Positions 28,835-39,900 of a DNA stretch of 64,000 nucleotides are shown here, one piece after another. Position 1 is the first letter of the stretch. Each line of letters begins with the position of its first letter. The position numbers and the translations under genes were made by a program. The notes under the pieces are model-generated. The model was not told the origin of the DNA and searched no databases. It saw only the letters and a list, made by a program, of their open reading frames with translations. Source of the DNA: Candidatus Aldehydirespiratoraceae bacterium. Its GTDB lineage: Bacteria > Actinomycetota > Acidimicrobiia > Acidimicrobiales > Aldehydirespiratoraceae. The DNA is taken from NCBI GenBank assembly GCA_965208435.1, contig OZ242337.1:1516180-1580179 (forward strand), given 5' to 3'.

Positions 28835-31800
28835 CGTGGTCTGTCGAATCCTCTAATTTACCTTCATTGTTGCTCGGGGTGGGTAGCAGCCGCTCACTGA
28901 GCAGCGCAAGCAACGAGTTGTGCGCTCGTTGTGGGGAGCCGGTGAGGCTGGCTAGTTCGTCGAGAACGCTATTGAGGGCGCTTTCCAAATGCCGCCGCTG
29001 ATCGTGGTCTATCCCGACTAAACGGACGTGTTCGCTTCCGTCGGAGCGCGTAACCGTGACACGGAGGGCATCGAACGCTCCCGCGCCGTGGGCCCGTTGA
29101 TCGGCGTGGAGGGCTACGAGGCGTTGGAATGAGGCGAGGTGTTCCGGCAGTTCCCGTCGGAACCGGAGCAGGTCGTCGTCAGTCCACTCCTTCGGTGCTT
29201 TCTTGCCGACCACCGTCGCGACCGCCTCGATCCAATCGGAGTCACTGTTGACACTGTCGTTGGCGAGCGTCATGACGAAGGCTCGCACCGCGGGGTCAAG
29301 GACCTCGTCTTCAAGCGCAGCGGCCTGGCCACTGACGACTCGGCGGCTCGTCTCGGCGCTTTCGGTGAGGATGAGTTCGAGGAGGTCTGTGAGGAGTCGC
29401 TGGTAGCAGCCGGTGAGTTCATCGATCATGTCGCCGACGCTGTCGGCGTATGCAGGTGCGTTCGGATATGTCTTTGCGTCCGGTTCGACAGTCGTGAAAC
29501 CGAGAGCCCTTGGGAGTGTGACGAAGAGCAGCTCGTCAGGTTCGACGGCTGCAACGAGGGTGTCCCGGGCGTTTCGAGTTGTTGCTGTGATGTTGGTGGT
29601 GCGGCGTGTGTAGTTGTCGAGTTGGCCGATCCGCGAGACGAGGTGACCAACGATGGCGAGCACGTTGGCGACGCGCTGTTTACGGAACCTTGGCCGGATT
29701 TCGAGCCGTTGGGCGAGCGCGTCAACTACTTGTCGCCGTGCCCCGTTGGTGTTGGCGAAGTGCTTAATGTCGAAATGGCTAGGGTTGCTCACCATCCGCT
29801 CAGAGATCTCGGTAGTGAGTCGCGGTTTGAACGTGCCGTGTTCGTAGATGGCGATCTCGTCAGCGAAGGCAAGTAACCCGACCGTGACGAAGACGGGGAC
29901 GACTGCCGCTTTCATTCCGATTGGTGGTGAGAGCAACGCCGCATAGATGTCGCCAAGATTGAGCCGGCGGGTTCTTGCTCGTTTGAACTGAGCTTCGAGG
30001 ATATCCCAGGCTGGGCGCAGTGAAGGGTCGGCCGGTCTGCGAAAAACCTTGGTTTCGTTGCGTTTATCGTCACCGTGCAGTCCGGTGCGTTTAAGAAACG
30101 CCCTGTACATAGCCATTTCGGGTCCATAGCCTTCAAACCCGAGATCTGGTTCGGAACCGAGTTCGATCATTGCCTCGAGGAGGAGACGACGGGCCTTGGC
30201 TCCTTGCGACGTGAGGTCTGTGCGGTTGAGCATCTCGTTGCGGATCACCGGTGTTGACGAGTAGGTCATGTCCGCCGCGGCCGAAAGGGCTGCGCTGCCC
30301 CGTCCAGCTGGGAGCTCTGTGTTCTCTTCTTCGCCTAGGAGGATCCATGTGCAGGTCTCAGCGCTGAAGGTCTCAACGATGGCGCTGTCTAGCGCTGATC
30401 GTGACTGGGCCAGTCTCTCACTGAGTTCAAGTCGGGCGACCCAATCATCGGTCACGGTGGGGTTATCGAGCGTAGCGATGACAGCGGCGACCTCGCGAGC
30501 TGTTGTATCCAGTTCGGTCAGATCATCTGGAATTGCGGCGACAACGGGTTTATAGCCGTTCCCTGATTGAGCTGCGGTCGGTGCGGTTTGCTCTTGTCCC
30601 ACTACCAGAAGCACTTCACCGTCGTATGGGGAGAAGGCGTCAAGAGGTTTGATGCTCTCACTGCTGTCTGCGTAACGTTTCGCGAACACTCGCAGCACAT
30701 TGTGTTCTGCGCTGTGCCGTGCGGCAACGACGGGCTGTGGGTGAACTGTGGCAGACAGGATCTCAGCGAGTGGTTGCCGTTGCACCCGTTGATGAGCTGT
30801 ATCAAGGAGGCCGCGGATGTCGATGTCGGTTCCGTGCCAGATTCGGTACTCGTCGGCGAAGTCCCGGTAGGTGATGATACCGACGCTGTCGAGTTCGTCG
30901 AGCGTGGTTGCGCTGCCTGCGTCGATGAGTGCGAGCACCTGTCTAGACGCTCGGACGGTTCCCGTGGTTGCTACCAGGTTGAGTAGAGCGATTGCCTTGG
31001 CGAGCCGCGCCTGGGACTCGGTGAGCCCGTGGGAGTCTCGGAGCCTGGTAGCGATTTCGGTCCATCGGGTCGATTGTCTAGCTGTGGTGACGTTGAGCGC
31101 TCCACTAGCAACGAAGTAGTCATAGATCACCTCGAGACCGAGGGACGGCAAGGGCCCTTGCGTCGGTATGTTCGTTACGGAGAGGTAGGACGCAGCGCTT
31201 GCAGAATCAGGGGAGGTCAAAAAGGAGAAGAGGGTTCGCTCGTGTTGGCCGTAGCGGTTGCATAGTTCGGGCAGCACAAACGCGGCCAACGGGTGCAGTG
31301 GGTAACAACTCGCTAGGACGCTCGGGTCGGCAAGATCCGGAATGCCTAGGGCACGCATCTCTTTGGCATGGTGCTCGGCCCAGCGCTCAATGCGTGGAGC
31401 GAGCTTGTCAACCACGACATCGAACACCGTCCCGATCAGGGTACGAGTCTGTACCGCGGACTCGACAAACGCGACATCCTCGAAGCGGCCCTGAACCTTG
31501 GCCCACTCGCGGCGCTGCGAGCCATCGGTACCCGCCAGATAGTCCTCGAACGAAAGGTGCTGCAATGTCAACACGAAAACAGGTAGTCCAGACCCCTGGC
31601 CGGCCTCCGCAAGTTGCTGTAACAGGTAGGGGTCTGCGGCGCCTCCGTCACCGATCGCTTCGAGGTTCTTCCCGAACTCGTCGATGACTAGGAGTAGTGG
31701 TGCGTCCTCCGCAAGGCAGCGGGCGATCTCGACTAGGGCGGCCGGTGAGGGGCCGGTGCGACGGGGATCGTTTACCGAGGCGTCTTCGAGTGCACCCTTG

Positions 31801-32288
31801 AGTGTATTCGCCGAGCTGAACCGACTCGCCGGAGGGATCCTGCCGTAGCGGCGTAGCACTGTCGCGTGAAGGGCTCGCAGCACGGTGTGGCTAAGCGGCT
31901 CGCGGTTCGCGGTGACAAGGCCCCGATGGAAACCCGACTCGTCAGTGCCGTGGCGGTGATGGGCTTGTCGGAGCAGTGCACTGACCGATGGCGAGGCGTC
32001 GTTGATGAGACGCAGGGCGACTTCCCGGGTCTCGCCCGCTTCACCGAGCGCGGCGTCAAGGAGCAGGGCCAGTGATGACTTCCCCGACCCGTAGGGACCG
32101 GTCAACGACCACGCTCCCCCTGCTGGACCCCGCGCCGCGGTGGTTGTGATCCGCTCTAGAACATCGAGAGCTCGGGCAGTGACGATGTACCCGTCGAGGG
32201 GTTCGCGTTTGTCGACATCTCGTTCAAGGTTTGCTGAACGGGCGAACCGGCTCTCAACTGTGATGGCGTCTGCGAGTGTCGTCATCAC
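28809..32288 (-). CDS. sspC: Large P-loop ATPase, SspC-like
   Basis: 1159 aa. SLTGPYGSGKSSLAL Walker A, LLLVIDEFGK Walker B. Sits between the DUF4007 and PAPS-reductase genes. Confidence 0.7.
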   Translation of the reverse strand: MMTTLADAITVESRFARSANLERDVDKREPLDGYIVTARALDVLERITTTAARGPAGGAWSLTGPYGSGKSSLALLLDAALGEAGETREVALRLINDASPSVSALLRQAHHRHGTDESGFHRGLVTANREPLSHTVLRALHATVLRRYGRIPPASRFSSANTLKGALEDASVNDPRRTGPSPAALVEIARCLAEDAPLLLVIDEFGKNLEAIGDGGAADPYLLQQLAEAGQGSGLPVFVLTLQHLSFEDYLAGTDGSQRREWAKVQGRFEDVAFVESAVQTRTLIGTVFDVVVDKLAPRIERWAEHHAKEMRALGIPDLADPSVLASCYPLHPLAAFVLPELCNRYGQHERTLFSFLTSPDSASAASYLSVTNIPTQGPLPSLGLEVIYDYFVASGALNVTTARQSTRWTEIATRLRDSHGLTESQARLAKAIALLNLVATTGTVRASRQVLALIDAGSATTLDELDSVGIITYRDFADEYRIWHGTDIDIRGLLDTAHQRVQRQPLAEILSATVHPQPVVAARHSAEHNVLRVFAKRYADSSESIKPLDAFSPYDGEVLLVVGQEQTAPTAAQSGNGYKPVVAAIPDDLTELDTTAREVAAVIATLDNPTVTDDWVARLELSERLAQSRSALDSAIVETFSAETCTWILLGEEENTELPAGRGSAALSAAADMTYSSTPVIRNEMLNRTDLTSQGAKARRLLLEAMIELGSEPDLGFEGYGPEMAMYRAFLKRTGLHGDDKRNETKVFRRPADPSLRPAWDILEAQFKRARTRRLNLGDIYAALLSPPIGMKAAVVPVFVTVGLLAFADEIAIYEHGTFKPRLTTEISERMVSNPSHFDIKHFANTNGARRQVVDALAQRLEIRPRFRKQRVANVLAIVGHLVSRIGQLDNYTRRTTNITATTRNARDTLVAAVEPDELLFVTLPRALGFTTVEPDAKTYPNAPAYADSVGDMIDELTGCYQRLLTDLLELILTESAETSRRVVSGQAAALEDEVLDPAVRAFVMTLANDSVNSDSDWIEAVATVVGKKAPKEWTDDDLLRFRRELPEHLASFQRLVALHADQRAHGAGAFDALRVTVTRSDGSEHVRLVGIDHDQRRHLESALNSVLDELASLTGSPQRAHNSLLALLSERLLPTPSNNEGKLEDSTDHGDTRSSHG

Positions 32289-33340
32289 CGAGCTCCTGCG
32301 AACGCGTGGAGGCGGCGCACTGCCTCGCCGGGTTCACGGCCCAAACCGAGAATATCGATGAGGTCATCTCCGATGGGCTGGTCCCCGTAACGCCCGGCCC
32401 GGACATCCATGGGTGATGCGTTGTAGTAGTCATCAAGAATAGTCTTAGCGACCGCGGCGGGGTCTTGGCTCCAAGCGAGTTGTGCCGCGCCGGTTGGTGT
32501 TGTAAGGCTGAGAGCATCTGTTCGTTCAAGGGTTGGCTCAAGGGCGGCGCGCAGTTCAGTCTCGGTGAGTCTGAACGCCAGGCCGGGAGCGCCAGGCTCG
32601 CGGGCTAGACGGCTCAGAGTGACGGTGTTGCCTCCAGTACCGACACGTGACACATAGTCCAACACGGCGTAGCTGACAATGGCCGACGGCAAAGAAGCCT
32701 TCGGTCCGAGCGTGAATCGGTATTGGCCGGTTGCGGCCGAACGGTCGATCAGGTTGAGTTCTCGTAGCGGGCAGTCCAAGCGGTCTTCAATACCGGTGCG
32801 CCGCGAACGTTCTGCGGGTGCGTACGTGCGAAGAAGGGCATTCAAGTCCTTTTTTACGGACGACGGGTGAGGGTTGGCCCAGTCAGAGACTGCGTCCAGT
32901 TGAATTACGGTCGTTGACTCAAGGTCGTCGCCGGTGAACTCGACGGCGTTGAACTCGTTGAAGGCCAACCACCACACCGGGAGCCGACACGGAGCCGCCA
33001 GTAGCCGCCAGTGCAGCAACCAAAGCGTGCCCGGATCCTCCATGTAACGATCCCATCCGGACTCACCAAACAAGGCATGGCCGAAACGCGTCGGCACGAG
33101 ACCCGGCGAGCGACTGTTCGGGGAATGCGGGTCTTCCACGAGCAGCTTCGCCGCAAGACCCCAGAAGCGGATCGATCGGGCCATGTTCTTGCCCACGCCG
33201 ATCACGACCGGCGCGTCATCCCGGGTGAAGACATGCGGATCGTGGGCGACGACGGTGTAAGCCTTGCGGAACCAACCGTACCGAGGGTGGAACGTCTCAT
33301 GTCGAGCAAACATGGGCTTCGCTGCATCGGTCAACCGCAT
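32285..33340 (-). CDS. sspB: DUF4007 family protein SspB
   Basis: FARHETFHPRYGWFRKAY....D...F.......GVGKNM..S.RFW hallmark of DUF4007. ATGA overlap with sspC. Confidence 0.8.
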   Translation of the reverse strand: MRLTDAAKPMFARHETFHPRYGWFRKAYTVVAHDPHVFTRDDAPVVIGVGKNMARSIRFWGLAAKLLVEDPHSPNSRSPGLVPTRFGHALFGESGWDRYMEDPGTLWLLHWRLLAAPCRLPVWWLAFNEFNAVEFTGDDLESTTVIQLDAVSDWANPHPSSVKKDLNALLRTYAPAERSRRTGIEDRLDCPLRELNLIDRSAATGQYRFTLGPKASLPSAIVSYAVLDYVSRVGTGGNTVTLSRLAREPGAPGLAFRLTETELRAALEPTLERTDALSLTTPTGAAQLAWSQDPAAVAKTILDDYYNASPMDVRAGRYGDQPIGDDLIDILGLGREPGEAVRRLHAFAGAR

Positions 33341-34501
33341 CTAGCTACTCTCCCGATTCATCGCTCTAACGTACTCAACCGCTGTGACAGTCCTCTCAAC
33401 CGCCGTGTCAATTTCCTCGTCGGTAGTGAACCGACCCAGGCTGAACCGGACCGCCTCGAAAGCGGCGTCGGACGGTACACCCATGGCAAGCAGAACCTCA
33501 GACGGTTCGATCGAACCCGAACTGCAGGCGCTGCCAGACGACACCGCCACAGGATCCATATTCGTGACCACTGCTTCTGCGTCAGCGTCCTCAAACCGGA
33601 GATTCGCCGTGTTGGGAAGCCGACAGGTCACGTCTCCGTTTTCGTGAACACCCAGAGTCTTGCCCTTCAGTTCAGCCACGAGACGATCCCGGAGACGCTC
33701 CACACGACCAGACTCGGATTCCCTCTCCTCCATCGCAATGCGAGCAGCCGCGCCGAAGCCAACCGCACCCGCGACGTTCAGTGAGCCCGATCGCAACCCC
33801 CGCTCGTGACCGCCTCCAAGAACGAGCGCACGCAGCAGCCGCAAACTCCGGCCAGTCCCAACCAACGCTCCAACACCGCCGGGACCGCAGATCTTGTGAC
33901 CGCTCATCGACACAAAGTCTGCTCCCAGCTGATCGAGGTCAAAGGCAAGCCGACCCACCATCTGGGTGGCATCGCAGTGGAACAAGGCACCAACCGCATG
34001 CACCCGCTGCGAGATGTCTGCAACCGGGTTGATCACTCCGGTCTCACTGTTTGCAGCCATCACCGACACCAGGCGAACATCGGTATCGACCAGCGCCTCC
34101 ACCGTGTTGGGGTCGACGAAACCTCCGCCAGTGACCGGAATGAAATCAACCTTTGCGAGTCCTTGCTCATTAAGCCAGCGGGCAGTGCGCAGGACCGAAG
34201 CATGCTCCACCGACGAAACCAGAATTCGCGGTCGGTCTGCCGGTGCGCCTTCAACTGCTCCACGAAGTGCAAGGTTGTTGGCCTCCGTGGCACCGGCCGT
34301 GATCACCACGTTCGACGCACGACCACCCACTAGAGCCGCAATGTGCTCGCGGGCCTCATCCACGGCCGCTGCCTGACGCCTCCCGAAACGGTGCACAGAC
34401 GACGCGTTCCCGACACCTCCAGTGAGAACCGGCATCATCACGTCAGCAACACGGGGATCAAGCGGCGACGACCCGTTGTAGTCGAGGTAAACCTCCCTCA
34501 C
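33341..34501 (-). CDS. sspA: Class V aminotransferase cysteine desulfurase SspA
   Basis: NifS/IscS-like: YLDYN.SSP.DPRV, SGHKI.GP.G.G and SSGSACSSG. Abuts the sspB start with no gap. Confidence 0.85.
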   Translation of the reverse strand: MREVYLDYNGSSPLDPRVADVMMPVLTGGVGNASSVHRFGRRQAAAVDEAREHIAALVGGRASNVVITAGATEANNLALRGAVEGAPADRPRILVSSVEHASVLRTARWLNEQGLAKVDFIPVTGGGFVDPNTVEALVDTDVRLVSVMAANSETGVINPVADISQRVHAVGALFHCDATQMVGRLAFDLDQLGADFVSMSGHKICGPGGVGALVGTGRSLRLLRALVLGGGHERGLRSGSLNVAGAVGFGAAARIAMEERESESGRVERLRDRLVAELKGKTLGVHENGDVTCRLPNTANLRFEDADAEAVVTNMDPVAVSSGSACSSGSIEPSEVLLAMGVPSDAAFEAVRFSLGRFTTDEEIDTAVERTVTAVEYVRAMNRESS

Positions 34502-34843
34502 GACCCCTCCGAAGCCTTCTCAGGAGACTGCAACTCGCCACGGAGAAACCAGCTCATCTCGCCGCCAATCGCGAAACAAACGTCGGCGCAAGACACCCTT
34601 AGCACGGAGTCGCCTCATCACACATTGACAGTTCATCCCTAGAGTCCATTGAGGTCACCCTCCTGCCATCGTTCTACAACGGGACACTAGCCCGGATTTT
34701 TCAGTAAGCCGTCGGGGGGTGGCTGTGGGGGCTGGGTCGGGCGCGGCGGCGGTGTGTTGCATCTGACTTCGCGCGACAGATTCTGAGTTTTTTCAAGTCG
34801 CATCGGGCAGGGTTGGCGGTCTTAGGACAGGAGGCTGCAGCCT

Positions 34844-35167
34844 ATGAGTTCCGAGCAGAGAAAACCGAAGAGACTGTTGACAGCGGAGCAGAAGTACGAC
34901 TTGTGGGTGCGGATGCTCACCGGTCAGGTCACTCAGGCCCAAGCGGCCGCGGAGGCGGGGGTGGACCGGTCGGTGATCGCTCGGCTGCGTGCGGTGGCCC
35001 GGGACGGGGCGGTCGCGGCGTTGGGTTCGTCGAAGCCCGGCCGGCGGCGTCAGTCCCAGGCCGAGGCGACCGAGGCTGCGGCGTTGCGTTCGGAGGTGGA
35101 GCGGCTGGGGCGTACTGTGGTCGAACAGGCTGTGGAGTTGGCGGTGCTGCACCGAAAAACGGGTTGA
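34844..35167 (+). CDS. IS3-type transposase OrfA (HTH + leucine-zipper-like)
   Basis: 107 aa. LTAEQKYDLW.....G.VTQAQAAAEAGV.RS.I..L pattern. Confidence 0.75.
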   Translation: MSSEQRKPKRLLTAEQKYDLWVRMLTGQVTQAQAAAEAGVDRSVIARLRAVARDGAVAALGSSKPGRRRQSQAEATEAAALRSEVERLGRTVVEQAVELAVLHRKTG

Positions 35168-35170
35168 GGT

Positions 35171-36224
35171 GTGAGCGGTGGTGTTCCCGCCCGTATTGAT
35201 GGGACCGCCAAGACAGTGCTGCTGGGGTTGATCGACGACGCGACCGCGGCTGGCTGGACGCACAGCCGGGTTTGCACGGTGTTGGGTGTGGACCGCCGCC
35301 GGGCATGGCGCTGGAGCCTGCGCCGACGGCACTCTTGATGATGCCCGCCCAGGCGGCCGGGCGATCCACAGCCTGTTGAGCTCTGAACGCGACGAGATCG
35401 TGGCGCTGTTCGGGGAGTGGGGTGATGTTGACCGGTCGCATCGCAAACTCGCGCACCGCGGCTCCTACCTGGGCCGGGTGTGGGTGTCACCATCAACGGT
35501 GGACCGCGTTCTCGCAGGTCACGGCCTCGCACTGGCCGGCACGCCCCGTCCCGCCAAGACAGCTAAGACGCCGTGGCCAAACTGGTGTGAGTGGCGGCCC
35601 AACCAACTGTGGTGCTGGGACGGAACCCAGTTCCCGGCATGTAAACCCGCCAAACACGTCTACGCGATCGTCGATGTCGTGTCCCGCAAATGGATCGCCA
35701 CCCACCTCACACCGGCACCGGACTCGGTTGCTGCTCGGGTCCTGTTCGCCAAAGCACTGTCCAGTGAAGGGCTCCTCACCGACGAGGCCGCTGCCCGCCT
35801 CGACGACCCCAACAGCGACCTGCCCGACAACAACGAGATCCCGCTGCTGTTGGCAGTGTCAGACAACGGCCCGGAGATGCGCTCAGGTGACACAGCCAAG
35901 TTCATGGCCCTCTGCTCAATCGCCCAACACTTCGGGCGGCGGTCAACGCCCACCGACCAGGCCTGGATCGAGTCTCTGTTCAGCCACATCAAAGGCGAGC
36001 ACCCCCACCTCGAAACGCTCGACGACCCCACAGACCTCACCGGAGAACTCGAACGCGTCCGCAGCCACTACAACTGTGTGCGGCTCCACGAAAGCGTCGG
36101 ATACGTCACCCCCAACGACGAACACACCGGCCAAGGCGACCAAATCCGCCAAGCCCGCCGAGACGGACTCCAACAAGCCGACCAGCAACGACGCGCCCAC
36201 CACCGAAACCAACCGCTAACATGA
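35171..36224 (+). pseudogene. IS3-type transposase OrfB (rve/DDE), apparently disrupted
   Basis: The segment 35171-35335 is in the same frame as OrfA, behind an in-frame TGA. The rve part (35286..36224, W..D.T......YAIVD..SR....) lies in the +1 frame relative to it. Confidence 0.6.
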
Positions 36225-36303
36225 CAAACCAACCACCACCGCACACCCACCAATGCGACTTGAAAAAACCCGCAACCTGTCGCGAAGAGTCAGATACACC
36301 TCA

Positions 36304-36688
36304 CCGGATCCGCGCCCGCGGCCCACACCGCGCGGCGCGCTGTGGCCCGCGCCGCTTTGATCTGTTCGACACGGCCCCCCGCAGCATCAAGGGTCCGCCA
36401 CAGCGTCGACAGCGACGCGACCTCCCCGAACAGCCCCGGCTGACAACCCAGCGCGGCGATGTCGCTGATCGCCTCGCCACCATCAGCGATCATCACCGCC
36501 GCGTCAGCAAGCACCCGGCCCCGGTCATGGCCCCGGTCCCGCACCTTGGTCGACGCCATCGCCTCAGACAACGCCGCCGTCAACCCCGTGTTGTCGGCCA
36601 GATCAGCCAGCAGCCGCGCCCCGGCATGAACAGCCAGACCCCGCCCCCCGCCAGTGAACCTCAACCGCGGCCGACCGCCATTATGCTT
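36304..36688 (-). pseudogene. 5-prime fragment of the IS1380-like transposase gene (truncated by the IS3-type insertion/deletion)
   Basis: The encoded MVKHNGGRPRLRF...AVWAAGADP matches the N-terminus of the copy B transposase except for a few substitutions, then diverges at 36303. Confidence 0.8.
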
Positions 36689-36972
36689 CACCATGCGAGT
36701 GCCCTCCTTGGTGTGACCCCAGAATCTTCTAACAAACCTGATTCTCCCACACCAGGAGGGCACCTCGCGACAACAACCACCCACACACAGACCCCACTAC
36801 TGAAAAATCCGGGCTAGAGTCCGAAACTCAAGCAAACGCGGATTGCAGCTTACGACGGAATGCTGCAATACAATTGGAGGGAAATAGCCAGCAACGAACC
36901 AGGACCGACACTGGCCGACATGTCGCGGCCCTCGGGCCGCGCTGCACCACCGATCACTGCTACCAATGCGAC

Positions 36973-39900
36973 ATGGCGAAGAAGCGCGCTAAACGCCGAA
37001 AAAGAGGCTCGAAACGAAGGATCGCGCCAGTTCGACAGTCGATTGAGGGCGGCCTCGAAGAAACTCGGCCTGTTGAAGCGGACAAGGACTCTAATGTCGA
37101 GTTGCTGGTCAGCCAGTGGGCCGAATCAAGATCCGGTGCTCGCGCAGGTCGCGGCTTCCACTTTCAGGATGAGATCGGTGCCTGGCTAGCTGCCCGCCTT
37201 GCATGCGGGATAGGACCTGCGTGCCTCGTTCCTGAGGGATTCGAAGACTCGACTCTGGAAGGCGACGAGCCGATCCACATCCAGGTCAAGTCGAGGGTCG
37301 AGCATCTGGACAAGTTCCCGCCTTCTACGGCTAGCAGGCACATTCTCGATGCCTGGGAACGGCACGCTTCTAGAGAGCATCGGGGTGCTGGCTTGATCGT
37401 TGTGCTTGAACGTGGCGTGACGGGCGAAAAAGACCTCAACGAACTCGATGATCTCGACACTTCGCTGGCGAACAGATTGGACCGTGGGTCCGCGCTCATT
37501 ACGGATCTGACGACCAGGGCCATGAGTCGAGGCATGAGCGAGCGCGAACTGTCCGAATTGCTGGGCACGACAGTCGTCAGCGGGGCCAGTCGAGCAGAAG
37601 TTTTGGCCGCGACGGTTGCTCACATTCGCAGTCAGTGGAACCTTCCTCCCTCGGCGCTGAGGCTCGTTGCTCGACAGCTATGTTCAGATGTTGCAGATGC
37701 TTCAGACGCAAACGCGACGGCGAGTTTCGAGACTCGTCGTCGGCTCGACCGAACCGCGGTCGTGAGCGCAATCGAGCAGACCGTGGCTCAACTCGATCTT
37801 GAGTCTCTGGAGTTCGCGGTACGGCAGGGGATCTGCGAAACCCTTGCGTACCCAGAGTCACAGCCAAGCGATGATCGGTACTACGAAGGCACGGCTACGC
37901 AGCCGTCTCACGTCGCGTCGAACCTCGTCGTCCCACGCCCAGAGCTCGTCGCTGAAGTCTTGTCCGGGTTAGATGATCGCTCGGCAGCAGTCATCACAGG
38001 GCCATCGGGCGTCGGCAAGAGCGCAGTCCTTTGGACCATTCCTCTTGCTCTGCCTGGTGTGCTTTGGTTCCGCGTCAAGCGCCTGTCAACTCCCGATGTC
38101 CTCCACCTCATCCGGCTCGCTCGTGCATACGACGTGGCTCACGATCGACCTGTCGGATTCCTGGTTGATGGTGCTGGCACCACCGAATTCACCGCTTGGG
38201 CGGAACTGCGCTCTGCAGCGGCAGCTTTGCCCGGCCTGCTCCTTCTGGCGACGGCGCGATCTGAGGACTTGTTTGTGCTTGGCGATCTCTCAACGTGCGC
38301 CTCTATTGACGTTCGCCTCGATGAAGCCGCCGCGGAGACGATCTTCGCTGGACTGGTTCGACGGGAATCTACTGATGCTGCCCACTGGATGGAGGCCTTC
38401 GAAGCGTCAAACGGTTTGACGCTTGAGTTCACACACTTGCTCACCCGAGGAAACCGGCTTGACGACGTGATCAACGAACAGATCCGGCGACGCATAGACG
38501 AAGAGCGACATGACGAACTCGACGTTCTCGCTCTGGCGTCAGTCGCGGACCGATGGTCCGCACGACTCTCAACGGATGCGCTTGCCCAGGCATGTGGCTT
38601 GGCTAACTTCCAACTCCGTGCAGCACTCAGCCGTATCGCCGCCGAGCACCTAATCGTGGAGCGAGACGGGGAGGTAGGAGGTCTCCACCGGCTGCGTTCG
38701 GTCGCTCTGTGCGATGCCATCCACCTCTTGCCACCGCCGCAGCTCGCCCAAACGATCAAGCGCGTGGTTCCTCGAGTCCCCGACCCTCAGTTGTATCGAT
38801 TCGCGGCGTCGATTCTTGTCGAAATGCCCGAGATCCACAGGATCGTGATGGAAGCGGGGATTAGTAGTGGGCTGGAAGCCGAACGCTTCATTGCGCTCGG
38901 GCAAGGCTTTCGACTCGCTGGCTTCTATGAGCGTGCAAGAAAGTGGAAACAGATTGCGCAGGAACAGAACATTCCGGTTTCGAGCCAGCCAGTCCTTGTC
39001 TTGTTCGCAACTGCGGGCCTCGAATTCCCCGACATGTTTCCGGTGGAGCTTCGGACTGCTCACGACGCGATGCGATGTGCCGTCGATGAAGGATTCAGGG
39101 ACACACTGACAACCGCGATTGGTCATGCTGAAGTAGCTGACCTGATCGCATCCGAGAGTTCCTTAGACCGAGCAACCAGCATGCTCGAAGTAATAAATGG
39201 GAGCCCACCAGAACTGACCAACGCTCTTCGCGAAGCCCTGGATGCTGGAACTTCCTTCGAAGTGAGTCTGCGATCCGCTTCCCTGGAAGACTTGACTAGG
39301 TGCATTGCGGCAACACGCGGCTGTGCCCCACAGCTAGCCGCGCATGTCGTGGATCTGCTCGGTGGCGAGCCCGCCGTCCTTCGAAAGATCCGTACAGAAA
39401 ACCCTTGGATCATCGAATTGGACACACGCTCGGTAGACGGTGAGAGCATCGGCTACTGTCGCTTCCTGCACGTCTCAGACTCGGCTCAGCCGGATGTCGG
39501 CGAAGAGGCGATAGCACTCGGGCGCTTGTTGCTGCGCTGCCTTCCGAACATCGACGGGGTCGATGTCCAGGCACTCTGGCCAGGAGGCTTGCCAATGACG
39601 ATTGGCAATCACACGATCGGAATCAGCCATCTCAAACGCCAGCACGACCACACACCGGCCGATCTCGCTTGGAATCAAGTCCGACTCCGAGCGGCGCAAA
39701 CGCTTCTCGGCGCAGCCGATACGACGCGACTCTTCCAAGCGCTCCCCCTACTTGAACGCGCCTCCGATCTGATCCTGCGTCTCGGTAACGGACTTGTGTC
39801 TGGGAGCGTGCACGATCTCGAAGATCTCAACGCGCAACTTGTCGAACTCCGCGAAGGCGCTCATGCGCTCCACCCGCCACTCGGGTCCGCGCTGCTCAGT

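Larger units (their letters stand above)
34753..36303 (+). mobile_element. IS3-family-type element (HTH OrfA + rve integrase-core OrfB) nested in IS1380 copy A
   Basis: About 50 bp imperfect terminal inverted repeats: tgtgttgcatctgacttcgcgcgacag...ttttttcaagtcgcat at 34753, and its complement ending ...cagatacacctca at 36303. Confidence 0.7.
34687..36817 (-). mobile_element. IS1380-like element, copy A, internally deleted and interrupted by an IS3-type element
   Basis: The termini ctagcccggatttttcagta ... tactgaaaaatccgggctag are the same as in copy B. The first 66 bp and last 514 bp align with copy B by eye, with very few differences. Confidence 0.8.

Noticed and set aside
34639-34647. The 9 bp string ctagagtcc occurs both 40 bp left of IS1380 copy A and at its right junction (36814-36822). 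It could be read as an extended target duplication.
   Set aside because: The left occurrence is not adjacent to the IS end. A single 9-mer coincidence in 64 kb on two strands is expected roughly half the time.
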